DNA of 64,000 nt from Planctomycetota bacterium (GCA_965228735.1 OZ245838.1:3648001-3712000); one strand, 5' to 3'; positions 36,268 through 46,282 are shown, counted from the first letter of the stretch. Made by a program: numbers and translations. Notes: a model not told the origin generated them from the letters alone.

Positions 36268-38448
36268 TCACGGCCGCCGGATCACGAACCAGCGGAAGCC
36301 GTTCGCCGGCACCTGGACGGTCAGTCGCGCGCGTGAACGGCGATCGAGCCCAAGGACGATGCTCTGGCCCTGGTCGTCTCGCACCGCCGCGGCGTCGACC
36401 AGCCCCGTGTAATAGAGGTCGAGATCGAGCGCGCGCTCGATCGCGCGCGCGGTCGGATTGAACACGACGAGCATGCCGTGATCGTTGCCCTCCGGCTGCG
36501 CGTTGGCGTGCAGCACCCAGTCGAGGTCGCGCCCGTCCGCGCGCCGCGAACTGCCGTGGATCACGTCGCTCTCGAGGATCTCCCGGTGAGCCTTGTACCA
36601 CTCTACCCACTTCCGCACGACGGCCTTCGTCGCGTCCGTGTCGTAGAGCCGCGGACCGCGGTAGCACGCCTGCGCGCCGTAGGCGAGGTTGCTCACGATC
36701 ATCCGTTCGTAGTGCCCGAGGTGCTCGACGAGCGGCTCGACGGTCGCCGCCGCGCCGCCGCCGTGGTACTGCGTGAGCGGCACGAACATCCAGCCCATCG
36801 ACGGGTTCTTGCCACGCGTGCCGTCGAACAGGTTCTGCCGCGTGTGCAGGACCTGCTGCGCGCGCGGCAGCGACCAGTTGGTCTCGCGGTAGCCCATGCC
36901 GGTCTTGTTGCTGCCCTGCAGGAAGTACCAGTCCGGCACGTTGAGGTAGATGCCGCGACCCCGACACCAGCGGTAGAAGTCGCGGATGATCCCGAACTGC
37001 ACCCAGCGCGAGTCCTCGTAGCCACGCTGCAGTGGCGGCCGTGCGGCCGCGTCGTGATCGCCGGGGTAGCTGCCGTCGTGCTCGAGCAGGTCGAAGCCCG
37101 AGTGCTCGTAGAAGCGGTAGAGCTTCCGGAAGTACTCCTGCCCCCACGCGCTCGCGAGCGCGGGCGCGTGCCCGAAGACCTGGCCGCCGGGCTTGCCGGT
37201 CTCGACGTTGATGCAGTTGTCGCCGTCGGGCTCGATCCGCCGGCTCGAGAGCAGCGAGTAGCCGCCGAGCTCGATCCCACGCTCGTGCGCGTAATCGGCC
37301 ACGCTGCGCCAGCGATCGAGGTTCGTCGGACTGTCGTCCTCGATGTCGAACCCGCTGCCGAACGTCAGGATCGCCATCTCGAAGCCGACCTCGACGCACT
37401 GATCGATCGCCGCCTTGACGCGTTCCGGATCGGCGCTGCGCACGTGCATCATCAGCGGGTTCTCCGTGCTCCACGGCGCCAGGATGCGATACATCCGCCG
37501 CTGCGCGAGCGTCTGGCGCTCACGGTCGTCGCGGTCGGGCGCGAGCACCCACGTCCGGAACGTCGAGAACCGACCGCCGGGCGGCACGACCTGCGCGGGC
37601 CCGACGTCGGGCGCGACCTCGAGCGTGCACAGGGTCTCCTTCCGGTAGTTCACCTGCGTGTGGAACTCCTCGTCCTCGAGCCAGCGCACGCAGTGCGAGC
37701 TGCCATCCGCGCCGGTCATCGCGCGGAACGCGTAGTCCGTCTCGACGTAGACGTTCGGCAGCCGGATTCCGAGCCGCTGCGGTTCGACGCGCGACTCGGC
37801 CTCGACGAGCGGCAGCCGCAACGACGCGAACGAGTCGATCGTCAGCGCGGCGTCACCGCCGTTCTCGAACTCGAGCCAGTGCCCGAGCAGCGGGATGCCG
37901 TCGTAGAGCTCGAGGTTGACCGTCACGACGACGCCGGCGAGTCGCGCGGCGGGGCTCGCGCACCGCAGCCGAACGTGCACCCCGCGCGGCGGCCACACGG
38001 CGTCCGGCGCATGGTGACGGCCGCGGTGCCAGGCCATCCGCGGAGTGATCGGCGACGTCGCCACGCCGTAGACCTGGAACGCGCCCGCCGGCGCCGTCAT
38101 CGCGCGCAACCAGTCACGCTGCAGGAACGCGCGGTTGGGTTGCCCCTCGAGGCCACCGACGAGCACTTCCTCGCCGTCGATCACGAACGCACCGAGCGAT
38201 GACGCGGCACGCAGCAGCTGGCAGGCAGCCGAGCGCTGTTCGAGCCCGACGAGCGCGAGCCGGTCCATCGTGAGCTCGACCCGCAGCAGGCCGTTGTCGA
38301 GCGTCATAGCGCCCGTGCGGGGGTCGCGGTCGACCTCGGCGACGTAGGGCGACGGATCGAGCAACCAATCGGGCGGGGCCGGCGCCGCATCGACCTGGCT
38401 CGGAAGTCCGCCCACGAGCAGGGCGACCGCGAGAGCGATCCGCATCAT
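36268..38448 (-). CDS. Secreted alpha-galactosidase-like (GH36-related TIM barrel) protein
   Basis: Signal peptide; APW.TENPLMMH, IDQC..VGFEM.ILTFGSG, EHDGSYPG, GYRETNWSLPR, GPRLYD; family assignment from recall only. Confidence 0.65.
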   Translation of the reverse strand: MMRIALAVALLVGGLPSQVDAAPAPPDWLLDPSPYVAEVDRDPRTGAMTLDNGLLRVELTMDRLALVGLEQRSAACQLLRAASSLGAFVIDGEEVLVGGLEGQPNRAFLQRDWLRAMTAPAGAFQVYGVATSPITPRMAWHRGRHHAPDAVWPPRGVHVRLRCASPAARLAGVVVTVNLELYDGIPLLGHWLEFENGGDAALTIDSFASLRLPLVEAESRVEPQRLGIRLPNVYVETDYAFRAMTGADGSSHCVRWLEDEEFHTQVNYRKETLCTLEVAPDVGPAQVVPPGGRFSTFRTWVLAPDRDDRERQTLAQRRMYRILAPWSTENPLMMHVRSADPERVKAAIDQCVEVGFEMAILTFGSGFDIEDDSPTNLDRWRSVADYAHERGIELGGYSLLSSRRIEPDGDNCINVETGKPGGQVFGHAPALASAWGQEYFRKLYRFYEHSGFDLLEHDGSYPGDHDAAARPPLQRGYEDSRWVQFGIIRDFYRWCRGRGIYLNVPDWYFLQGSNKTGMGYRETNWSLPRAQQVLHTRQNLFDGTRGKNPSMGWMFVPLTQYHGGGAAATVEPLVEHLGHYERMIVSNLAYGAQACYRGPRLYDTDATKAVVRKWVEWYKAHREILESDVIHGSSRRADGRDLDWVLHANAQPEGNDHGMLVVFNPTARAIERALDLDLYYTGLVDAAAVRDDQGQSIVLGLDRRSRARLTVQVPANGFRWFVIRRP

Positions 38449-38906
38449 TCCTGCACGGTCCGAAGTGCGGCGCGCACGCCCTCGACGCGCGCCTCGAACA
38501 CGTCGTGGCGCGCGGCGAACTCGACGACGCGGACATCGCCGTCGTCGGCCCACACCGCGATGAGATAGCCGACCCGATCGCCGTCGACGTTGGCCGCGCA
38601 GTGGAACCACGCGCCCTCGTCACCGTCGGCGTTCCTCACCACGCCGGTATCGACGAGGTCGTAGCCGCGCTGCTGCACGAACTCGTGCTGCAGCGCCTCG
38701 ACCCAGAACTTCTGATCCGCCTCGTTCTCGTCGTGGAAGAGCCGCACCCACACGCGCGCATCGTCGCCCGTGACCGCGCGGTAGTCGTGACCGGTGTCGT
38801 GGCCGGCCAGCGTGACGAAGTCGCGATCGAGCGTGATCGGCACCGCGCAACCGGCGGCGAGCAGCGTGATCGCGAGAATGCACGCAAGAGCAAGGACGCG
38901 CGGCAT
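38445..38906 (-). CDS. Hypothetical lipoprotein
   Basis: Lipobox AAGC; translationally coupled to both neighbours. Confidence 0.7.
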   Translation of the reverse strand: MPRVLALACILAITLLAAGCAVPITLDRDFVTLAGHDTGHDYRAVTGDDARVWVRLFHDENEADQKFWVEALQHEFVQQRGYDLVDTGVVRNADGDEGAWFHCAANVDGDRVGYLIAVWADDGDVRVVEFAARHDVFEARVEGVRAALRTVQE

Positions 38907-39745
38907 CAGAAGTCCTCCATCACGCGCTCGGCGCCGATCAGGTTGACCCAGCGAAAGCGACTCGCGCGGCGGCGGCGGCGATCCGGTGGCGGCTCGGCCA
39001 CGGCCTGGAAGCCGGCGACCAGCGTCGCGAGCGTGACCTGGTCGGCGAGATACCGCCGCCGGCCCTCCATCGTCTCGATCTCGTCGGTGAGGCGGCGCAG
39101 CTCCTTCTCGATCATGAGGATGTCGTCGACCTTCTCCGCGGCTTCGAGGAGCGCGAGCAGTCGCTCGCGCGACTTGGTCGCGTTGTTCAGCCGGATCTCC
39201 AGGTCGCGGTACTCCTCGGTCACGTCCTGCGCCGTTCGCTGCTCGGTGATGACGCGGCCGGCATTCCGCACGCCGTCGAACGCGGCATCGAAGTGCTCGG
39301 CCGGGACGCGCACCGTGAGACGATTGCCGACCTGACTCTGCATGTGGCCGCCCCATTCGGCGACCCGGGCGAGGAGTTCTGCCATGGCCGCCTCGGGGCT
39401 CGCGACCTCGACCGTGATCGCACCGGAGTAGATGAGCTTGCGCCCGTTCGCCGGGCGCTGCGGGGTCTCGAAGTCCGGCAACCGCAGATCGGGACCCGGC
39501 GGCGACGCCGTGACGGCTCGGCTCCAGGCGCCACTGTCGAACGCGGACTCCCGACTGTCGACGTTGCTCTGGAGACCGTTCGTGACGTCATCGAGCACCG
39601 CCACCGACCCCGCGGCGTCGGCACCCCATGCCGTGCCGACGACGCCGGCCTTCGGACTCGCCGGCGCGAAGTAGGCCGTGTCGGCGCAGCTGCAGAGGAC
39701 CAGCGAGAGCAGCAGGAAGAGCACCGACTCGAGGAGGCATCCCAT
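38906..39745 (-). CDS. DUF4349 domain lipoprotein
   Basis: RKLIYSG.I.VEV, LTVRVPA..FD, DVTEEYRDLE.RL, ILMIEKEL....EIE..EGR..YL.DQV.LAT. Confidence 0.85.
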   Translation of the reverse strand: MGCLLESVLFLLLSLVLCSCADTAYFAPASPKAGVVGTAWGADAAGSVAVLDDVTNGLQSNVDSRESAFDSGAWSRAVTASPPGPDLRLPDFETPQRPANGRKLIYSGAITVEVASPEAAMAELLARVAEWGGHMQSQVGNRLTVRVPAEHFDAAFDGVRNAGRVITEQRTAQDVTEEYRDLEIRLNNATKSRERLLALLEAAEKVDDILMIEKELRRLTDEIETMEGRRRYLADQVTLATLVAGFQAVAEPPPDRRRRRASRFRWVNLIGAERVMEDF

Positions 39746-39783
39746 CGCGCCGTTCTACCACGGCAGCGTATGATCGCCACCGC

Positions 39784-41802
39784 ATGACCCTCGCCGCCTC
39801 GCTGACGTTGTTCCTGACCGTGCTGCCGCAGGACGCTCCCGCCTCGCCCGCTGCACCGACCGACGCGGCCCACGCGCAGAACGACGCGCAGGACCCGGCC
39901 CCGATCGCGTGGCAGCGCACGCTCGCCGACGCCCTCGCGGTGCAGAAGCGCACCGGCTTGCCGCTCTTGATCGCGGTGAACTCGCGGGGCGAAGTGTTCA
40001 ACGACCGGTTTCGGAACCGCACCTACAAGAGCCGCGAGTTCATCGAGCTGACGCGCGGCTATGTGTGCGTCATCGCCTCGCCGGACCGCTACACGGCGGC
40101 CGACTACGACTCGTTCGGCAACCGCATCGAGAGCCCGGAGTTTCCGGGGTGCACGGACGGGGAACACATCGCGATCGAACCCGAACTGTTCCGCCGCTAC
40201 TTCAACGGCAACCGCACCGCGCCACGCCACATCGGTGTGAGCCCGGACGGGAAGATCCTGTTCGATCGATTCCTCGATCGCAGCATGCAGACCGCGATCG
40301 ACGCGATCGCCGAGAACCGCGGCACCCCGGACGACGCGGCGCTCCCGACCACTGTCGAAGGGCTGCTGCAACGCCGCGACGCGGCGGCGCGGCGGCGGCT
40401 CGAGGCGATGTATCGCGAATCGCGCGACCCGGCGATCCTGCAGGCCGCCGGCAACGCCGACACCGAGCCGTTCGACCTGCTGCGGCTGGCGCTGCACAGC
40501 GGCAACGAGAGTGAGTTCGAACGCGGCTGTGACGCGCTCGCGAAGACCGCGACCGCCGCCGCTCTCCCCGATCTCGAGAACGCCCTCGCCCGATCGCCCG
40601 ATTCGAAGGCACTGCGCGCCGCGCTCGAACGCGTGGCCGCGGACGACGAGCGCGCGGCGCGCTTCCTGGCGCATCTCCGGCCGGACCCGAGCACCCTGTC
40701 ACCTCCGTGGGCCGGGCAGTGGCGCGAGCCGAGCTACGAGATCTGGCAACGACCGGCGATCGAGAGCGAGCTCGACGCGTGCGAAGCCGCGGTGCGCGAG
40801 CGGCCGGAGGACGCGGCCGCGCGCCTGCGGCTCGCGATCGCGCAGCTCGCGTTCAGCAAGCACCTGATCGCGACCGGCGGCACGGGCGTCGAGTTCTGGC
40901 TCGAGGACGCGCGCACTACGGCCGGCCACGTGCAGGCTGCGGAGCTCGCGCCGGCCGCGAACGCGGTGATCGCGGTCGCGTCGTGGCTGCGCAGCGACAA
41001 CGAGCGGGCGCGCGAAGCGACCGCGCAGGCGCTCGCCGCGCGCGGCGGAGAGACGCCCGACGCGTGGCTCGCGACCCGCCTGCTCGAGGTCGCGATCCAG
41101 CTCGACACCCAGGCGGCCTACGCGCGCGCGATCGATCCGAAGGTGATCCTGCAGCCCGAGGTCGCGCGCGTGCGCGCGATGCTCGACCGCGTCGAACAGG
41201 GCCGCTGGATCGAGAGCCCGCCGCTGCTGACCGGCATCGGCCTGCTCGAATACGTCGGCGACCGGGCCACGGCCCGCCGCCTGCTCGACGCGGCGGTACG
41301 GCGCTTCCCGGCGGAGAACACGGTGCACGAACGCTGGCGCGCCCGCACCCTCGCCGACCTCGGCGCGGACGCGATGCGGCAACGGGCCGGCGCGCTCGTC
41401 GACGCGGCGGCCGACAAGGCCACGGCGCTCTGGTTCGCGGGCTACGCCGCGATCGTCGCGGCCGAGCAGCATGTCCGGGACGAACGGCACGAGCCCGCCA
41501 CGGCTGCCTACACCGACTCGATCGCGCGGTTCCTCGCGAGCGTGGAGCAACGCCCCGACTACCAAGACTCCGGCCATCACTTCGCCGTTCTCGCGCTCGC
41601 CGGCCGCGCCGCGCTCCGGGCCGCCGCGGATGACAACGAGCAGGCCGTCGCCGACCTGCAGCGCGCGAGCGAACTGCGCAGCCAGAGCTTCGAGAACAAG
41701 GACGGCCTCGGCCGATCGCCGCGCCAGATCGCGAACGACCTGCGCGACGCTCTCGAAACCGCGGGCCAGACCGACCTCGCCGCCGCGATCCCGCGCCACT
41801 GA
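39784..41802 (+). CDS. Secreted thioredoxin-fold (no CxxC) plus helical-repeat/TPR protein
   Basis: Signal peptide; IAWQRTLADAL...K.TG.PLLIAVN and P.HI..SPDGK.L thioredoxin-like pattern, followed by TPR/HEAT-like helices. Confidence 0.7.
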   Translation: MTLAASLTLFLTVLPQDAPASPAAPTDAAHAQNDAQDPAPIAWQRTLADALAVQKRTGLPLLIAVNSRGEVFNDRFRNRTYKSREFIELTRGYVCVIASPDRYTAADYDSFGNRIESPEFPGCTDGEHIAIEPELFRRYFNGNRTAPRHIGVSPDGKILFDRFLDRSMQTAIDAIAENRGTPDDAALPTTVEGLLQRRDAAARRRLEAMYRESRDPAILQAAGNADTEPFDLLRLALHSGNESEFERGCDALAKTATAAALPDLENALARSPDSKALRAALERVAADDERAARFLAHLRPDPSTLSPPWAGQWREPSYEIWQRPAIESELDACEAAVRERPEDAAARLRLAIAQLAFSKHLIATGGTGVEFWLEDARTTAGHVQAAELAPAANAVIAVASWLRSDNERAREATAQALAARGGETPDAWLATRLLEVAIQLDTQAAYARAIDPKVILQPEVARVRAMLDRVEQGRWIESPPLLTGIGLLEYVGDRATARRLLDAAVRRFPAENTVHERWRARTLADLGADAMRQRAGALVDAAADKATALWFAGYAAIVAAEQHVRDERHEPATAAYTDSIARFLASVEQRPDYQDSGHHFAVLALAGRAALRAAADDNEQAVADLQRASELRSQSFENKDGLGRSPRQIANDLRDALETAGQTDLAAAIPRH

Positions 41803-41808
41803 CGGCAG

Positions 41809-41927
41809 GCTGGCGGTACCGAACCCGCTTCGAATCCGCCACTCACCCACCGCCACAACCCCAGCCCGGCGCGGGCACTGCGGCCCGCGGCCGGTGGCGG
41901 ATCGGAAACGGGTTCCGTATCGCCAGC
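41809..41927. repeat. 34-bp imperfect inverted repeat pair (REP/MITE-like)
   Basis: 41809-41842 gctggcggtaccgaacccgcttcgaatccgccac versus the reverse complement of 41894-41927, gctggcgatacggaacccgtttccgatccgccac (29/34 identical); 51-nt spacer; intergenic. Confidence 0.85.
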
Positions 41928-41965
41928 TCTTGGGGTTGCATCGTCCTATATTTTAGTTTCTACTG

Positions 41966-42322
41966 ATGCATGTGAGCGAGACTCTCCAGACCAACCTGGC
42001 GGCGCTGCAGAACCCGCGGCGGCGGGAAATCCTGCGGCTGTGCTGGGGCGACCCCGTGGCCGCTGGCGCGATCCATCGCGCGTTGCCCGATGTCACGTTC
42101 GGTGCCGTGTCGCAGCACCTCCGCGTGCTCAGGGACGCCGGGCTCGTGACCGTGCAGAAGCGCGGCCGCGAGCGGCGCTATCGCGCGCGCCGGACCGCGA
42201 TCGGGCCGCTGCGGCGCTGGCTCGAACGGAGCTGGGACGACTCGCTCTACCGCCTGAAGTTGCTCGCCGAGCTCGAGGCCGCGCGGCGCGGCCCCAAGCC
42301 CGCAACGACGAGCAGCGCCTGA
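41966..42322 (+). CDS. ArsR/SmtB-family transcriptional regulator
   Basis: ALQNPRRREILRL, AVSQHLRVLRDAGLV...KRGRERRY, WL...W...L.RLK...E. Confidence 0.9.
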   Translation: MHVSETLQTNLAALQNPRRREILRLCWGDPVAAGAIHRALPDVTFGAVSQHLRVLRDAGLVTVQKRGRERRYRARRTAIGPLRRWLERSWDDSLYRLKLLAELEAARRGPKPATTSSA

Positions 42323-42358
42323 CCCTCCCAACGTCGCACCTCCCGACGAAGGACTCCG

Positions 42359-43135
42359 ATGGAACTGCCTCACTCCCTCTCCCGTTCGCTCGTGATCCGT
42401 GCCCCGCGCGCGGTCGTCTTCGGTTACTTCACGGACTCCGCGCGTTTCGCGGCCTGGTGGGGTGAAGGCTCGACGATCGAGCCGCGCGTCGGCGGCGACG
42501 TGCTCATCGTCTACCCGAACGACATTCGCATGCGCGGCGAGGTGCGCGCGATCGAGGAGAACGCGAGCATCACGTTCACCTGGGGCTACGAGAACTCGCA
42601 CCCGGAGCTCCCGCCCGGCAGCTCGCTCGTCACGATTCGACTGTCCGACGACCCGCACGGCACGCGGCTCGAGCTCACGCACGACCTGCCGTCGGAGACG
42701 ATGCGCGACCACCACGTCGCGGGCTGGCGCTACCACCTGTCGGTGTTCGCCAACGTCGCGACCGCGGCGCACCACAGTGGCGCTGCCACGATGATCGATC
42801 GGTGGTTCGAGGCGTGGACGACGACCGACGCCGACGAACGCATGCGACTGCTCACGGATTGCGCGATCGACGACGTCGTGATGCTCGATCCGTACTCGTG
42901 CCTCCAAGGCCGCGACGAACTCGCCGCGCACATCGCGAACTACCACGTTCACATGCCCGGCATCACGACGTCCCGGGCCGGTGACGTCCGTCAGTGCCAG
43001 GGCGAGGTGCTCGTCGACTGGTCGGCCAAGGACACGGATGGCAACCCACGTGGCGCTGGCTGCAACCACGTGAGCCTCGCACCGGACGGGCGAATCGCCG
43101 CGGTCACAGGCTTCTGGCAGCCGCCCACCCAATGA
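42359..43135 (+). CDS. SRPBCC (AHSA1-like) domain fused to a SnoaL-like domain
   Basis: IRAPR.VVF..FTD....AWW, FTWG, GTRLELTH, GW.YHL; then WFEAW..DP...QGRDE...HI...DGRI..VTGFW. Confidence 0.8.
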   Translation: MELPHSLSRSLVIRAPRAVVFGYFTDSARFAAWWGEGSTIEPRVGGDVLIVYPNDIRMRGEVRAIEENASITFTWGYENSHPELPPGSSLVTIRLSDDPHGTRLELTHDLPSETMRDHHVAGWRYHLSVFANVATAAHHSGAATMIDRWFEAWTTTDADERMRLLTDCAIDDVVMLDPYSCLQGRDELAAHIANYHVHMPGITTSRAGDVRQCQGEVLVDWSAKDTDGNPRGAGCNHVSLAPDGRIAAVTGFWQPPTQ

Positions 43136-43195
43136 GCCCGATCCCGTCGCAATCGCGTTGCAGCGGGCCGCAGGAACGGTGACGCTCATGGCGTC

Positions 43196-43912
43196 ATGCG
43201 ACGACTCCTGCTGATCAGCAACTCCACGATGCACGGCGGCGGCTACCTCGCGCACTGCCGCGACGAGCTCGCGGACTTCCTCGGCGACGGCAAACGACGC
43301 GTCGCCTTCGTGCCCTACGCGCTCGCCGATCACGACGGCTACGAACGGAAGGCCAAGGGCGCGTTCGCGGACCTCGGCCACGAGCTCTCGTCGGTCCACC
43401 ACGCCGACGACCCGACCACTGCGATCGCCGACGCCGACTGCGTGTTCGTCGGCGGCGGCAACACCTTTCGTCTGCTGAAGACGCTCTACGACACCGGCCT
43501 CGTCACCGCGATCCAGACCCGGGTCGCCGACGGCATGGGCTACATCGGCAGCAGCGCGGGCACCAACGTCGCGACGCTGTCGATCCGCACGACGAACGAC
43601 ATGCCCATCGTCATGCCGCCGTCGTTCGACGCGCTCGGGCTCGTGGCGTTCCAGATCAACCCGCACTACCTCGACCCGGACCCCGGCAGCACGCACATGG
43701 GCGAGACCCGCGAAGAACGGCTGTCGCAGTTCCACGAGGAGAACGACACGCCCGTGCTCGGCCTGCGCGAAGGCTGCATGCTGCGCGTCGAGAACGACAC
43801 GATGGAGCTGCGCGGCTCGACGGCCGCGCGCCTGTTCCGACAGGGACAGAAACCCGCGGAGTTCACGCCGCCGAGTGATCTCACCTTCCTCCTGACGGAT
43901 ACCGACCGATGA
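43196..43912 (+). CDS. pepE: Dipeptidase E (S51)
   Basis: LLLISNST, FVGGGNTF.LL, G.SAG.N, TTNDMPI, FQINPHY, HMGETRE.R. Confidence 0.95.
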   Translation: MRRLLLISNSTMHGGGYLAHCRDELADFLGDGKRRVAFVPYALADHDGYERKAKGAFADLGHELSSVHHADDPTTAIADADCVFVGGGNTFRLLKTLYDTGLVTAIQTRVADGMGYIGSSAGTNVATLSIRTTNDMPIVMPPSFDALGLVAFQINPHYLDPDPGSTHMGETREERLSQFHEENDTPVLGLREGCMLRVENDTMELRGSTAARLFRQGQKPAEFTPPSDLTFLLTDTDR

Positions 43913-45528
43913 AGACGACCCCGTTCGCCATTGCTGCACTGCTCGCCGCTGCGCCCACTGTCGCGCAGAGCGGCTACGAGAGCGCCACCTCCGCCGTCAC
44001 ACCCGAACTGCTCGAGGCCCACGTGCGCTTCCTGTCGAGTGACCTGCTCGAAGGCCGCGGCGTCGGCACGCGCGGCGACTTCCTCGCCCGCGAGTACATC
44101 GCCACGCAGATGATGTCCCACGGCCTGCAGCCGGCCGGACCCGACGGGTCCTGGGAGCAGCGCGTGCCGATCCTCGGCATCACGTCCGAGGTGACGCAGA
44201 CGATGGCCGCGGTCGGCAAGGGCGGCACGGCGACGTTCGAAGCACCGACCGACTTCACGGCCGTCGCGGGCAGCCCCGCGGCGAAGGCGGCGTGGGCCGG
44301 CGCCGAGCTCGTGTTCGTCGGCTACGGCATCCACGCGCCCGAGCAGGACTGGGACGACTACCAGGGCATGGATCTCACGGGCAAGGTCCTGCTCGTGATG
44401 AACAACGACCCGTCGAACGACCCCGACATGTTCGCGGGCAAGACGCGGCTCTACTACGGGCGCTGGAGCTACAAGTTCGAGGAGGCCGCGCGCCGCGGGG
44501 CCGTCGGCGCCATCGTGATCCACACGACGCCGTCGGCGGGTTATCCGTTCCAGGTCATCCAGGCCTCGCACGGCCGCGAGAACTTCTGGCTGCCGTTCGA
44601 GGACGGCGTGCCGACGCTCGCCGTGCGGTCGTGGTGCAGCGAAGCCGCGGCGCGCAAGCTGTGCGAACTCGGCGGCCAGGATCTCGACGCCCTCCGCGCG
44701 CGCGCGGAGAAGGGCAACCAGGCGCCGGTCGCGCTCGGTGTGTCGATGCAGCTCGACATCGAGAACACGGTGCGCGAGCTCGAGTCCGCCAACGTTCTCG
44801 GCGTGCTGCCCGGCAGCGATCCGGAGCTGCAGGACGAGTACGTGGTCGTGACCGCGCACTTCGACCATCTCGGGATCGGCAAGCCGCGTCGCGACGACGC
44901 GATCTACAACGGCGCGGTCGACAACGCGACGGGCTGCTCCGGCATGCTCGCGATCGCGCGCGCGTGCAGCCGCATGGACCCGCGCCCGAAGCGCAGCCTG
45001 CTCTTCCTCGCGGTGACGGCCGAGGAGTCGGGCCTGCTCGGTTCGAAGTACTACGCGCAGAACCCGACGGTCGGCAAGGAGCAGCTCGTCGCCAACTTCA
45101 ACGTCGACGGCCTCAACATCTGGGGCGCGACCCACGACGTCGAGTTCATCGGCTACGGCAAGAACAGCCTGACGGCGCTCACCGAGGCGATCGCAAAGGA
45201 GCACGGCCGCCGTGTCGAGCCCGACAGCAGCCCGGACAAGGGCCTGTTCTATCGCAGCGATCACTTCAGCTTCGCGCGCATCGGCGTGCCGGCCGCGTTC
45301 TTCAAGGCCGGCCGTGACTTCATCGATCAGCCCGATGCGCGTCGCCGCATGAAGGCGAGCTACACGACGGTGCACTACCACCAGCCGAGCGATGAGCTCG
45401 CGAAGTGGTGGAACTTCGACGGCGCGGTGCTCGACGTTCGCCTGCTGCTCGAGTGCATGATCCGCACGGCGAACAGCAAGGATGCGCCGACGTGGACGCC
45501 CGGCGACGAGTTCGAGAAGCTGCGCTGA
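43909..45528 (+). CDS. M28 metallopeptidase with PA domain
   Basis: LSSDLLEGRG.GT, LVFVGYGI, YYGRW.YK.EEA, AHFDHLG, GAVDNATG, AEESGLLGS, RSDHFSF, YHQPSD. Confidence 0.92.
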   Translation: MKTTPFAIAALLAAAPTVAQSGYESATSAVTPELLEAHVRFLSSDLLEGRGVGTRGDFLAREYIATQMMSHGLQPAGPDGSWEQRVPILGITSEVTQTMAAVGKGGTATFEAPTDFTAVAGSPAAKAAWAGAELVFVGYGIHAPEQDWDDYQGMDLTGKVLLVMNNDPSNDPDMFAGKTRLYYGRWSYKFEEAARRGAVGAIVIHTTPSAGYPFQVIQASHGRENFWLPFEDGVPTLAVRSWCSEAAARKLCELGGQDLDALRARAEKGNQAPVALGVSMQLDIENTVRELESANVLGVLPGSDPELQDEYVVVTAHFDHLGIGKPRRDDAIYNGAVDNATGCSGMLAIARACSRMDPRPKRSLLFLAVTAEESGLLGSKYYAQNPTVGKEQLVANFNVDGLNIWGATHDVEFIGYGKNSLTALTEAIAKEHGRRVEPDSSPDKGLFYRSDHFSFARIGVPAAFFKAGRDFIDQPDARRRMKASYTTVHYHQPSDELAKWWNFDGAVLDVRLLLECMIRTANSKDAPTWTPGDEFEKLR

Positions 45529-45633
45529 GCGCGCTTCCGCAACCGCGCGATCGCGGGCCGCGAGCCGCCCTTGGTGCCGGGGCCGTGGGCGTCCAGAACC
45601 ACCGCCGCCTTGACGGCTCCGTGGGACGGGGTA

Positions 45634-45650
45634 ACTTTCTGTTGCAAAGC
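45634..45650. promoter_or_regulatory. Possible operator, ACTTT-N7-AAAG, upstream of the membrane protein/wHTH pair
   Basis: AT-rich dyad actttctgttgcaaagc in a GC-rich intergenic region about 27 nt upstream of the ATG. Confidence 0.4.
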
Positions 45651-45676
45651 AACCGGCGAGGAGACCGCCCCCACCC

Positions 45677-46282
45677 ATGGAACTGCGCGACGCCTACGAC
45701 CAACTGACCACGATCCGCACGCAGCTCGCCGCGACCGAGCGGCTGCGCAGCCTGCGGGCCGTTCCCGTCGCCCTCTCCGGCGCGATGGCGATCGTCGCCG
45801 CGACGGTCCAGACCTTCGCGATCGAGAACGTCACCGAGCAGGCGACGCTGTACCTGACGCTCTGGGTCGGCACCGCGATCCTCTGCGGCTGCGCGGCCGC
45901 GATCGTCGTCGCGCGGCGGGCGCACCTCAGCGCGTCGATGCTCGACGTCGCCAACCTGCGCGCCGCGGCGCTGCAGTTCCTGCCGAGCCTGATCGCCGGC
46001 GCGGTCGTCACGACGTGGGTCGCGACGAAGATGCCGCAGCTGCTCTGGATCCTGCCCGGGCTGTGGCAGGTGCTGTTCGCGCTCGGCAACCTCGCGGCGC
46101 AGATGGTCCTGCCGCGCGCGGCCAAGTGGGTCGGCGCGCTCTACCTCTGCAGCGGCGCGTGGTGTCTGTGGCTCGGCGAAGCGGCGCTCGATCCGTGGGC
46201 GATGGGCCTGCCGTTCGCCGCGGGCCAGGTCGCGCTCGCGGGCATCCTCTGGTGGCACCACGAACGCGGAGAATGGCGATGA
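45677..46282 (+). CDS. Integral membrane protein (about 6 TM)
   Basis: Hydrophobic helices, LPGLWQ..F.LG, WAMG.PF..GQ; coupled to the downstream wHTH gene. Confidence 0.75.
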   Translation: MELRDAYDQLTTIRTQLAATERLRSLRAVPVALSGAMAIVAATVQTFAIENVTEQATLYLTLWVGTAILCGCAAAIVVARRAHLSASMLDVANLRAAALQFLPSLIAGAVVTTWVATKMPQLLWILPGLWQVLFALGNLAAQMVLPRAAKWVGALYLCSGAWCLWLGEAALDPWAMGLPFAAGQVALAGILWWHHERGEWR

